Of a DNA stretch of 64,000 nucleotides, positions 28,036-36,725 are shown piece after piece (the stretch's first letter is position 1; each line of letters opens with the position of its first letter). This stretch comes from Marispirochaeta sp. GTDB lineage: Bacteria; Spirochaetota; Spirochaetia; JC444; Marispirochaetaceae. The DNA lies in assembly GCA_963676835.2 (NCBI GenBank), contig CAXXFF010000004.1, positions 192,001 through 256,000 of the forward strand. The letters are read 5' to 3'. The notes beneath the pieces were generated by a model. The model saw nothing but the letters and a program-made list of their open reading frames with translations, was not told where the DNA came from and did not search any database. Made by a program: the position numbers and the translations under genes.

Positions 28036-29133
28036 TTAAAGGGAAGCCTTCAGCGTTTCCAATAATTCCACATTTATATAAATCTTTTCCCGTCCAATTT
28101 TATACTCTCTCAAAATACCTATATCCTGTAGTTGACTTAAGTACCTTGAGGCAGCTTTTCTTTCAACACCTAAAACTTTTGTCAGAAATTCTATTTTGCA
28201 ATAAGGATGCACGAATAACTCTTCTATAAGTTCTTTTGAATATATTTTCGGTAGTTCGGTTCTTACTTTTTCTATTGTTCTATCCAATATTTCCTTTATT
28301 TCTGTGACTTTATTTATTGTTTCTCTTGAAACGATTTCTATTCCTTTAAGAATAAAAATTATCCAGTCTTCCCAATTCTCATCAACAGTAACACTTCGGA
28401 GTAAACTATAATATTCTGCCTTATTTTTTATAATGTATGAGCTCAGGTACAAAATCGGAATATCAAGATAATCCTTCAATATTAAATATAAAATATTGAT
28501 AATCCGTCCAGTTCTTCCATTCCCATCATAAAATGGATGAATTGACTCAAACTGGTAGTGAATTACCGCCATTTTAGCCAACGAATCATCTGCACTATTT
28601 AAATATTCCACGACATTGCCAAAAAGTTTATTTATTATTTCTTCACCTTGAGGCGGCGTATATACGACCTCCCCTGTTCCATCGTTTACAAGTGCAGTTC
28701 CTGGAGTTTTTCTTATACCTGCATCGTTTTTCAGCAATTCAATCTGTATTCCAATAATGTCATTAACAGAGAGAAAGCCTTTTTCAACAATTTTTTTGTA
28801 ACCCGAATATAGCGCTTCTCTATAAAAAATTACTTCTTTAGTTGCTGAATCATATTTTTTCGTATTTCCACTTATTGCTTTATAGAGTTCGTCTTGTGTT
28901 GTAATAATGTTTTCTATTTCAGAACTGTCTTTTGCTTCCTGTAAAATTATTGCATTAATCAAAATTGATTGATTAGGGATTATATTAGCAATTCCTTTCA
29001 ACTCTGCAATTGCAGATCGAGCCTTGTTCTCCTGTTTTAATACGTTTATTGTTTCGATTTTGCTTTTCACAGGAGGAAGGGGAGCAAGCGCATTGTATGG
29101 TTTATTCGGGAGAAAATTATTCATACGTACCAT
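28036..29133 (-). CDS. Fic family protein (class II, SoFic-like AMPylase with C-terminal wHTH)
   Basis: HPFYDGNGRTGR active-site motif; N-terminal inhibitory helix SSEIEN; start may be 29124. Confidence 0.92.
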   Translation of the reverse strand: MVRMNNFLPNKPYNALAPLPPVKSKIETINVLKQENKARSAIAELKGIANIIPNQSILINAIILQEAKDSSEIENIITTQDELYKAISGNTKKYDSATKEVIFYREALYSGYKKIVEKGFLSVNDIIGIQIELLKNDAGIRKTPGTALVNDGTGEVVYTPPQGEEIINKLFGNVVEYLNSADDSLAKMAVIHYQFESIHPFYDGNGRTGRIINILYLILKDYLDIPILYLSSYIIKNKAEYYSLLRSVTVDENWEDWIIFILKGIEIVSRETINKVTEIKEILDRTIEKVRTELPKIYSKELIEELFVHPYCKIEFLTKVLGVERKAASRYLSQLQDIGILREYKIGREKIYINVELLETLKASL

Positions 29134-29321
29134 TATTACACATTTTGGTACACGTCACAACGATATATCCCTTTTTCTGCATTTTTGGTTCTTGTTAGGA
29201 TTCTTTGTACCTGTTTATAGAAAATTGTCTTGTATCCATTTAACGTTTATTTAGTGTTCCAAAGCCTGCTGACAGCTGTTACTGTTTACCTGCAGATTAT
29301 TTCTACCCCGCCGCAGCACTG

Positions 29322-29345
29322 TGGCAGAAACAGGAATCAGGCACT
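29322..29345 (+). repeat. 24-bp direct repeat, right copy (contains the lacI-family stop codon)
   Basis: TGGCAGAAACAGGAATCAGGCACT. Confidence 0.9.
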
Positions 29346-30326
29346 CCCGCGGACAATAAGACTCGGCTGTAGAGAGATATCCCTTGGGGCATCCACCCCT
29401 TTAAGCACATCCATAAGCAACCTGGCGAGTCCAAGCCCAACGGATTCCATTTTATTATCGATAACCGTTACCTGGGGAACCGAAACTTCACAGTAGGTTG
29501 AATTATTAAAACCGATTACGGCAACATCTTCGGGGACTCTTCTTCCCGTATTCTGCAGCTGCTGGATAACCCCTACAGCAGTAATATCATCACAGCCAAG
29601 AAAGGCCTGGCACGGTATACCAGAGGCAAACACCTCGTCTACAGCCTGGCGTCCCCCTTCAAGGCCCCTGCTCAAAGATACAACCCTGTTATTAGAATAG
29701 GGAAGCCCCAATGCAAGCAGCCGTTCTCTGAAGACTTTCTGCTTCTCCTGGGCAACCCAGGTATCATACTCTTTCAGAAATATCATATCCCGGATACCTT
29801 TTTCATACAGATACTGGATGGACAGCTCCATTCCCAGAGTCTCGTTGCTGAAGATAGAGTAGATATTATCCCGCTGGATTTTTCCATTGTGCATTACCAC
29901 CGGAGTTTTCGGCAGATATTTATCAATACTGGCTTCTATCAGGGGCGAAGAAAAAACGGAACCGACCATAATAACGCCGTCTACCTGCTTTTCCGCCAGA
30001 ACACGGATATACTTTTCCTGTTCTGAATGGTCATCACCGGTGTTACAGAGAATAACATTGTAGCCTTTTTTACTGAGAGACTGTTCAATAACATAAGCGA
30101 TATTTGCATAGTGTATATGCCGTATATCCTGAGCAAGGACACCTATGGTTTTGGTTGATTTTACAACCAGGCTCTTGGCAATGGCGCTGGGCACATAATT
30201 GCTTTCCTCGAGCACCGCCATAACCCGGTCCCGCTTTTCCTGAGTAACATTGGGGTGATTGTTTATTACCCGCGAAACAGTGGAGATAGAAACCCCCGCC
30301 TGGTTCGCGATATCGTATATATTCAA
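29337..30326 (-). CDS. LacI-family transcriptional regulator
   Basis: IYDIANQAGVSISTVSRVIN, YVPSAIAKSL, VPEDVAVIGF, LIVRGS; TTG start. Confidence 0.93.
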   Translation of the reverse strand: MNIYDIANQAGVSISTVSRVINNHPNVTQEKRDRVMAVLEESNYVPSAIAKSLVVKSTKTIGVLAQDIRHIHYANIAYVIEQSLSKKGYNVILCNTGDDHSEQEKYIRVLAEKQVDGVIMVGSVFSSPLIEASIDKYLPKTPVVMHNGKIQRDNIYSIFSNETLGMELSIQYLYEKGIRDMIFLKEYDTWVAQEKQKVFRERLLALGLPYSNNRVVSLSRGLEGGRQAVDEVFASGIPCQAFLGCDDITAVGVIQQLQNTGRRVPEDVAVIGFNNSTYCEVSVPQVTVIDNKMESVGLGLARLLMDVLKGVDAPRDISLQPSLIVRGSA

Positions 30327-30369
30327 CTGCAGGTCCTTGTATTATCCGCTATTTTGACGCCCAATTATT

Positions 30370-30837
30370 CTATACGAGAAGAGTACTGTCAATTTTTATT
30401 ACTATTTTTTTAATTTTCTTCTCACCCTTTTGCGAACACCCCGGCCGGTGAACCTCTCCGGGGAAAAACAGTGCAAAATCACCTTTTGCCAGCGGGATTT
30501 CTATCTCACCATTAACCGTATCAAAGAAACATATATCCCGTTCGGGAGAAAGGTCTTCTGTAACTGTAAGCCCAGCCGAATCGGGCCTGCAATAGACCGT
30601 TTCCAATCCTTCAAGCGACAGATGCAGGTCTATCATATTCCTGTGCATTTCGCCCCGGGTATTCTCATATGCCGAGGTGGTCATGTCGATAACCTGAACC
30701 TGAAAGTCTGTATCGGGAGAATGGACACCGTAATCAAGGGTTGAAAAATCGGTATCTGCAGCAAAGCGGACAGCCTTCTGAATTAGAGGATGCAGACCTT
30801 TTATCCCGTTCCTCTCATTTATATTTCCGTAAATCAT
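30370..30837 (-). CDS. YhcH/YjgK/YiaL family protein
   Basis: EMHRNMIDLH..GLE, DICF, FFPGEVHRP, KKIVIKI. Confidence 0.88.
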   Translation of the reverse strand: MIYGNINERNGIKGLHPLIQKAVRFAADTDFSTLDYGVHSPDTDFQVQVIDMTTSAYENTRGEMHRNMIDLHLSLEGLETVYCRPDSAGLTVTEDLSPERDICFFDTVNGEIEIPLAKGDFALFFPGEVHRPGCSQKGEKKIKKIVIKIDSTLLV

Positions 30838-30922
30838 CCTACACCCCTCCCGGTTCAACGGTTAAAATGAAGAGAGGGAGCATAGCTCCCTCTCGATTTT
30901 GTTTCGCGTGCCGAATAAGTTA

Positions 30923-31918
30923 TCAGCGGGCGTCCAGAACTGCCTGAATCAGACCGTTCTTGTATTCCGCTTCGTATTCGTCCCACAGAGAGCTGGTTGC
31001 ATCACGGAAAGCCTGAAGATTGGCAACGTCATTAAACTCAACACCTTCGGCTTTGAGCTTAACAACGGTTTCATCAGAACTCTTGCCCCAGATTTCACGC
31101 TCGTAGTTAACAGCTTTGGTTGCCTCTTCCTTGATGATGGTTTTGTATTCATCGGGAAGTTTTGCCCAGGTTTTGGAAGAGATGGTGAAAAGGTCGGGAG
31201 TCATAAAATGACGGGTCCAGGAAACATACTTGGTTACTTCATACAGCTTGAGGGTGTAAAGAGTAATGGGGCTGTTTTCCCAGCCGTCGAGAACATTCTG
31301 CTCAAGAGCAGAATATACATCGGCCTGGCTCATGGGAGTAGCGATAGCGCCCATGCGGTTAACACCTTCCAGGGTAATATTTGTGGGGATAGTCCGAATT
31401 TTAAGACCCTTAAGATCTGCAGGGCTGTTTACGGGACGAACATTGTTCATGAGGCTTCTTGATCCGCCATAGAAATATCCAAGGGGCTCAAAGCCTTTTT
31501 TCCGCAAAGCTTCTGCAAGCACATCTCCAGCCTTGCCGTTGAGGGCGTTGTAGAGGTGATCTTCGCTCTGGAAAAGGAAAGCCAGGGCAAGAACGTTCAT
31601 TTCGGGAACATAGTTTGCAAAAGCGCCGGCAAACTGGTTACACATATCAATGGTTCCAAGCTGTACGCCTTCTACCATTTCCGTGTTACCGCCAAGCTGG
31701 CTGTTGGGAAAAAGCTCAACAGTTACATTGCCGTTTGTTCTGGCTTTTACACCTTCGGCAAACTTCTGCAGACCCTGATTCATGGGATGTTCCATGGGCA
31801 GGGTGTTGGTCACCTTCAGGCTGAAAGTTTTAGCACCATCAGCTGATTCCTGTGAACCGTTGGCAAATACCATTGTGCCGACACAGAGAATTAAGAGAAT
31901 TCCAATAATTTTCTTCAT
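30923..31918 (-). CDS. dctP: TRAP substrate-binding protein
   Basis: Signal peptide, FPNSQLG, DLKGLKIRT, DVYSALEQNVLDGWEN. Confidence 0.93.
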   Translation of the reverse strand: MKKIIGILLILCVGTMVFANGSQESADGAKTFSLKVTNTLPMEHPMNQGLQKFAEGVKARTNGNVTVELFPNSQLGGNTEMVEGVQLGTIDMCNQFAGAFANYVPEMNVLALAFLFQSEDHLYNALNGKAGDVLAEALRKKGFEPLGYFYGGSRSLMNNVRPVNSPADLKGLKIRTIPTNITLEGVNRMGAIATPMSQADVYSALEQNVLDGWENSPITLYTLKLYEVTKYVSWTRHFMTPDLFTISSKTWAKLPDEYKTIIKEEATKAVNYEREIWGKSSDETVVKLKAEGVEFNDVANLQAFRDATSSLWDEYEAEYKNGLIQAVLDAR

Positions 31919-31934
31919 ACTACCTCCAAAGAAA

Positions 31935-33218
31935 TTATTTGATATATCCAGTTAATTCGGGGATCCAGAGTGATATGGCCGGAAGGAATGTGGTAAGTAA
32001 AAGAACGACAATAAGAGCGCCTATATACCGCACATACGTATTCAGCATATTACTCAGGGTTGCCCCCGAAATACCTGTCGCAACAAAGAGAGCGATACCC
32101 ACCGGTGGGGTACACTGGCCGATGGCCATGTTTACAATGGTCATTACACCAAAGTGGATGGGATGGATGCCCAGCTTCTGAACAACCGGCCATATAATGG
32201 GAACAACAATAATGATTATTGCCGAGGGATCCAGAAAGGTTCCAAGGATTATAAAGAAGAGGTTGATCAGCAACAGCAGTGCCCATTTATTACTGGTCAG
32301 GGAGACCAGAAAGTTGGCAATCTGTGCGGGAATCTGCTCGGCGGCAAGAACCCAGCCAAAACTGGCAGCCGCGGCAATGGTCAGAACTACGACACCCGTG
32401 GTAATGGCGGATTTAACCAGAACCTTGGGCAGGTCCTTCAGCTTCAATTCCCGGTAGATAAAAAACCCTACGATAAACGCATAAACCGCAGCAATGACCG
32501 ATGCCTCGGTGGCGGTAAATATGCCTCCGGTAATTCCACCAACGATAATTACTACCGTAAAAAGGGCAAAGAAGGAGTCCGCCAGAGAGCGGATTGTATC
32601 CTTGAAACTGGCCCTGGGTTCCGGGTCAATTTTACGGATCTTGGTATACACGATGTTTACCGCCATGAGAGAAAATCCCATTAAAATACCGGGAATAATT
32701 CCGCCCATAAACAGGCCGCCGATGGAAATACCCGCAGTAACACCGAGAATAATCATGGGGATACTGGGAGGAATAACAATACCGATGGACCCTGCCGTGG
32801 CCATTACACTGGTGGAGATATCCTTTCCATAGCCTTTCTGCTTCATGGCAGGGATAAGCAGACTTCCCACCGCCGCGGTATCCGCCGCAGCTGCACCGGA
32901 AAGTCCGGCAAAAAACATTGCAGCAACTACACTGGCATTTGCAAGTCCTCCCCGGATATGTCCGATAAGGTTGGAGGCAAACTTGACCAGCCGGCGTGAG
33001 ATTCCGCCGGAATCCATAAAGCCGCCGGCAAGAATAAAAAACGGAACAGCAACCAGACTGAAGTTACTGCTGGCTCTGAACATTTTTACCACAATGGCGA
33101 TCAGATCTATATCGCTGAAAAACATCATCGATACAACAGTGGAAATAAGCAGACAAAAGGAGACCGGCATTTCCAGAATAAGCAATACGATAAAGGTTAT
33201 AAACAGGGTTGCAATCAT
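31935..33218 (-). CDS. dctM: TRAP transporter large permease
   Basis: AVPFFILAG, FAGLSGAAAAD, IPPSIPM, FTATEAS, TPPVG. Confidence 0.93.
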   Translation of the reverse strand: MIATLFITFIVLLILEMPVSFCLLISTVVSMMFFSDIDLIAIVVKMFRASSNFSLVAVPFFILAGGFMDSGGISRRLVKFASNLIGHIRGGLANASVVAAMFFAGLSGAAAADTAAVGSLLIPAMKQKGYGKDISTSVMATAGSIGIVIPPSIPMIILGVTAGISIGGLFMGGIIPGILMGFSLMAVNIVYTKIRKIDPEPRASFKDTIRSLADSFFALFTVVIIVGGITGGIFTATEASVIAAVYAFIVGFFIYRELKLKDLPKVLVKSAITTGVVVLTIAAAASFGWVLAAEQIPAQIANFLVSLTSNKWALLLLINLFFIILGTFLDPSAIIIIVVPIIWPVVQKLGIHPIHFGVMTIVNMAIGQCTPPVGIALFVATGISGATLSNMLNTYVRYIGALIVVLLLTTFLPAISLWIPELTGYIK

Positions 33219-33736
33219 TCTTCCGTATCCTCCTCCTGATTGATTCCGAGAATAACTTCAATGGTCTTTTCAAAGGCATGGATAAAGATAAAAAGACCGC
33301 TGGCAGGCATGGCAAGATAAGCCCAGGACATGGAGATGGGAATAATGTTCATCATCTGAATACTGTTCAGCAAGGTAAGCCGCCATCCCATAACCAGGAT
33401 AAACAGGGAAAAGAGACAAATCATAATCCAGACAAAGAGGCGGACTTTCTTAATCAGGAAGTCCGGCACTTTTTTCATCAGCAGATCAACAGAAAAATGT
33501 GACTTATAGTAGATGGCCATACTGGCACCAATAAAACTTGCCCAGGTAAAGGCATAGGTTAAAAGCTCTTCCGACCATCCGATTGGTGATTTAAGAATGA
33601 ACCTGGCAAATACCTGTAAAAATCCGAAAACAAGCATACTGACCATAAGGACAATAAGAATTACCTTTTCAATTTGCAGGATGAACCGGTTTACCCCCGC
33701 AACAGCGGTGACAAAACCATTGTTTCCTTCCGACAT
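33215..33736 (-). CDS. dctQ: TRAP transporter small permease
   Basis: QVFARF, WSEEL, HFSVD. Confidence 0.9.
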   Translation of the reverse strand: MSEGNNGFVTAVAGVNRFILQIEKVILIVLMVSMLVFGFLQVFARFILKSPIGWSEELLTYAFTWASFIGASMAIYYKSHFSVDLLMKKVPDFLIKKVRLFVWIMICLFSLFILVMGWRLTLLNSIQMMNIIPISMSWAYLAMPASGLFIFIHAFEKTIEVILGINQEEDTEE

Positions 33737-33749
33737 TCAAACACTCCTT

Positions 33750-34637
33750 CTATTTTTTTGCCGAGCCTTTCCACTCGACGGGAAACAGTTTTATGGTGGC
33801 AATCGATGACTCAGCCCCGAGGCCGGCATTTTTTGCTTTTAAAAACTGCTCGTAGGCACTCCGGGCAATATCCGCCGGGTAATCGAGCTCATCTGCAAGC
33901 TCCACAACCAGGCGCAAATCCTTTTCCGAGGTATTGATACTGCTGTAGGGAAAAAAGTCGTTGTTCAGCAGGAAAGGCACAAAATACTCGAAAAGTTTTG
34001 AGTTCCCCGCAGAATTGGTAACTATTTCGTAGAACATCCCCGGGTCGATTCCGCTTTTTGCACAAAGCCCCATGGCTTCCACAGATAGGGCTATGTGAGT
34101 ACTTGCAAGATGCTGGTGTACAACCTTGAATTTGCTTCCTGCACCCGGAGTATCCGCCAGGGTGTAGATTTTAGCCGATACAGCATCAAGGGCAGGCTGG
34201 ATCTTTTTAATATCCCCAGGTCTTCCGCTGAGCATCAGTGTCAGGGTCCCGTCATGGGCGCCCTTTTCCCCTCCGCTGACGGGGGTATCGACCAGCCCGA
34301 TGCCAATATCCTGAAGCCGCGAATCAAGATCTTCTATATAAGAAGGAGGAACGGTACTGGTGGAAACCACCACACTCCCCTTCTTCATCCTGTTTACTCC
34401 ATCATCAGAAAAAAGAGCCGACTCCATGTGGGCAGCTTCATTAACCATGACAAAGACCGCATCCGTCTTTTCTGCAACCTCGCTGAATGATGCTGCAGTA
34501 TTTCCGCCGGCTTCCCGGAAAAGAGCAAGACGTTCTTCACTTAAATCCACGCCGGTAACAGAGAGCCCGGCGGACAGCATATTCTTTGCCATGTTGATTC
34601 CCATGGCACCAAGACCAATTACGGTAAAATGACTCAT
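33750..34637 (-). CDS. Beta-hydroxyacid dehydrogenase, L-threonate dehydrogenase (LtnD)-like
   Basis: GLGAMG, STVPP, DTPVSGG, GAGSKFKVVHQHLASTHIA, SAGNS, KDL. Confidence 0.8.
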   Translation of the reverse strand: MSHFTVIGLGAMGINMAKNMLSAGLSVTGVDLSEERLALFREAGGNTAASFSEVAEKTDAVFVMVNEAAHMESALFSDDGVNRMKKGSVVVSTSTVPPSYIEDLDSRLQDIGIGLVDTPVSGGEKGAHDGTLTLMLSGRPGDIKKIQPALDAVSAKIYTLADTPGAGSKFKVVHQHLASTHIALSVEAMGLCAKSGIDPGMFYEIVTNSAGNSKLFEYFVPFLLNNDFFPYSSINTSEKDLRLVVELADELDYPADIARSAYEQFLKAKNAGLGAESSIATIKLFPVEWKGSAKK

Positions 34638-34638
34638 A

Positions 34639-35652
34639 TCAACCCGCCAGATACTTATAAATACTTTCCGCCAGAGGAATTCCTTCCTTCAGAGATTTCT
34701 CCATGGTTTTCTGCTCAATCTCTCCGGGGATCATCACCTTTTGAAAACCAGGAGCGGGAGCTACAGAACGAAGCTCATCGATCATTGCCTGGGCGTGATC
34801 AAGGGAAGCCCGGGCATCACCGAAGACGGAGGGATCGATAACAATCATGACAGAAGAGAGGTCACGATAGGATTCATAATCACCGTACATTCTCTTAAGA
34901 TGGGGCCCGAAAACTCCGCCAACCATAATACCGGTGAGGGCTTCGATCATTACCGTAATGCCATAGCCTTTTGCACCGCCGAAAGGAAAAAGAGACTTTG
35001 CTTTTTCCGGGTCGGTTACGGGATTTCCATCCACATCTACCGCCCAGCCTTCCGGAATAGGCTGCTTTTTCTCTTTTGCATAGACAATCTTGCCGAATGC
35101 AACCTCACTGGTTGCCATATCCAGAAGAATATTGTCTTTAGTTCCAGGATACCCGAAGGCAAAGGGGTTGGTTCCAAAGAAAGGGGTACTGCCTCCGAAA
35201 GGAACTACGCAGGCATCGGTATTAACCATAAACATGGCGGACATCTTCTGATCCATGGCCATCTGGATATAATAGGCAAGTGCCCCGCAATGGCTGTTGT
35301 TCTTTACCGCCATCATACAAATACCCTCGTTACGAGCAATTTTGATGGCCTCTTCCGTGGCATAGCGGCTTACCACATGGCCCATTCCCCCCTGAGCATC
35401 TACAAGTGCAACTGAGGGCTTAAGCATATCCACTTTCAGTTCGGGAGACAGGTTCATTCCGCCCGCTGCAATGCGCTGGGCATAATGCTCAACCCGCACA
35501 GCCCCATGAGAATGGACTCCCCTCAGTTCGGCAAATACAAGCACATCAGCAACAATGGCTGCCTCTTTTTCCGGCAGTTTTGCTTCCGTAAGTTTATTGA
35601 TAATGAGCTTTTTCAGCTCCTCGGCTTTTACCGTAACCATTCCATCGGACAT
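34639..35652 (-). CDS. Ldh_2-family oxidoreductase, ureidoglycolate dehydrogenase (AllD)-like
   Basis: GVHSHGAVRVEHYA, SHCGALAYY, GTNPFAFG, DMATS, PFGGAKGYG, PGE. Confidence 0.85.
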   Translation of the reverse strand: MSDGMVTVKAEELKKLIINKLTEAKLPEKEAAIVADVLVFAELRGVHSHGAVRVEHYAQRIAAGGMNLSPELKVDMLKPSVALVDAQGGMGHVVSRYATEEAIKIARNEGICMMAVKNNSHCGALAYYIQMAMDQKMSAMFMVNTDACVVPFGGSTPFFGTNPFAFGYPGTKDNILLDMATSEVAFGKIVYAKEKKQPIPEGWAVDVDGNPVTDPEKAKSLFPFGGAKGYGITVMIEALTGIMVGGVFGPHLKRMYGDYESYRDLSSVMIVIDPSVFGDARASLDHAQAMIDELRSVAPAPGFQKVMIPGEIEQKTMEKSLKEGIPLAESIYKYLAG

Positions 35653-35703
35653 ATATATTTCCCCTTAATTCGCACTGTTAGAAAGCTGTCAGACCAGTTT
35701 TCC

Positions 35704-35843
35704 TGCAAGCGCTTTCAGTTTATTTCAGCAATTTCATCCACTATAAACCCGGTTTTTCGATCACGCAACGTTTTTCTGGTAATTTTTTACCAAATTGTGC
35801 TTTTTTCGGTTCCATGCCGGCTTTTGTGCTGATAACGCTTTCA
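35704..35843 (-). promoter_or_regulatory. sigma70 promoter bracketed by two LacI-type operators
   Basis: Minus strand TTGCGT(35768)-17-TATAGT(35745); plus-strand TGCAAGCGCTTTCA (35704-35717) and TGATAACGCTTTCA (35830-35843). Confidence 0.75.
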
Positions 35844-35911
35844 GTCATTTTCACATTCTTCCCAATAAGCTGTAGACATAGATAAGAGAGGGCTGATAGC
35901 ATTCTTCCGGA

Positions 35912-36655
35912 ATGGCTGAGAAAACTCCCGGAAAAGATGCTCTTTTGAGAAAAATTTTAGGTTCTCTTGAAACAGAAAGCAAATCTGAGGCGAAAAAATT
36001 TCAGACAAACAATGATATAGCTGCTGTCCTCATTGCCCTGAGAACCAATACCACCGGGAAGTACGAGGTTCTCTTAACCCGCAGGTCTCATAAGGTGACA
36101 CAGCCGGGGGACTACAGTTTCCCGGGAGGCCACATTAGCCGCCTGCCGGATTGCCTTATTGCAGCTGTACTGAGCGTATTACCTGCAGGCAGGAATATCC
36201 GCAAAGAAACCTGCCGCAGTTCCAGCCTGCTTGCTGCAACTGCGGTCCGTGAGGCATGGGAGGAAATACGCCTGAATCCGTTCAGGCTGAAGCTGATCGG
36301 CCAACTTCCCTTACGAGAACTAATCAATTTCAGAAAAGCAATCTACCCGGTACTTGCTTTTACTAACCAGACCAGCGGGTTTCGGTGTAATGATGAGGTG
36401 GAAGACCTGATATTCGTTAAGATAGATGACCTGCTGAATCCCGACCGCTATTCCGCACTTCGAGTCAACCTGCCGACGGGACCAAAGGAGACAATATGCT
36501 TTCATCTTCCGGGAGCACCCCACTTCATCTGGGGCGCGACACTGTTTATCTTGCTGGATTTTCTGAAGAGGGCCTTTGACTTTATTCCGCCGGAGCGGGA
36601 GAATTTGCCGTTAGTGGAGTATGCGCTGCCGGTGGGGTATCTGCCGGGGGAGTAG
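35912..36655 (+). CDS. NUDIX hydrolase (CoA pyrophosphatase-like) with insertion in the Nudix box
   Basis: AAVLI, LLTRRS..QPGDYSFPGG, REAWEE, EVEDL, IWGAT. Confidence 0.8.
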   Translation: MAEKTPGKDALLRKILGSLETESKSEAKKFQTNNDIAAVLIALRTNTTGKYEVLLTRRSHKVTQPGDYSFPGGHISRLPDCLIAAVLSVLPAGRNIRKETCRSSSLLAATAVREAWEEIRLNPFRLKLIGQLPLRELINFRKAIYPVLAFTNQTSGFRCNDEVEDLIFVKIDDLLNPDRYSALRVNLPTGPKETICFHLPGAPHFIWGATLFILLDFLKRAFDFIPPERENLPLVEYALPVGYLPGE

Positions 36656-36661
36656 AAGACA

Positions 36662-36690
36662 AAAAGCGTTCGGAAAACCCGAACGCTTTT
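36662..36690. terminator. Bidirectional intrinsic terminator
   Basis: AAAAGCGTTCGG-AAAAC-CCGAACGCTTTT between convergent genes. Confidence 0.85.
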
Positions 36691-36725
36691 AATGTTAAAA
36701 ACAGATCTTTAGAAGAGAGCCCACC

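Larger units (their letters stand above)
27962..29345. mobile_element. Putative 1384-bp inserted islet carrying a Fic gene; no recombinase
   Basis: Bounded by the 24-bp direct repeat; strongly AT-rich relative to flanks. Confidence 0.65.

Noticed and set aside
28036..29133. Fic gene as part of a two-gene toxin-antitoxin or defence system
   Set aside because: No convincing partner ORF in the islet, and the protein carries its own inhibitory helix (SSEIEN)
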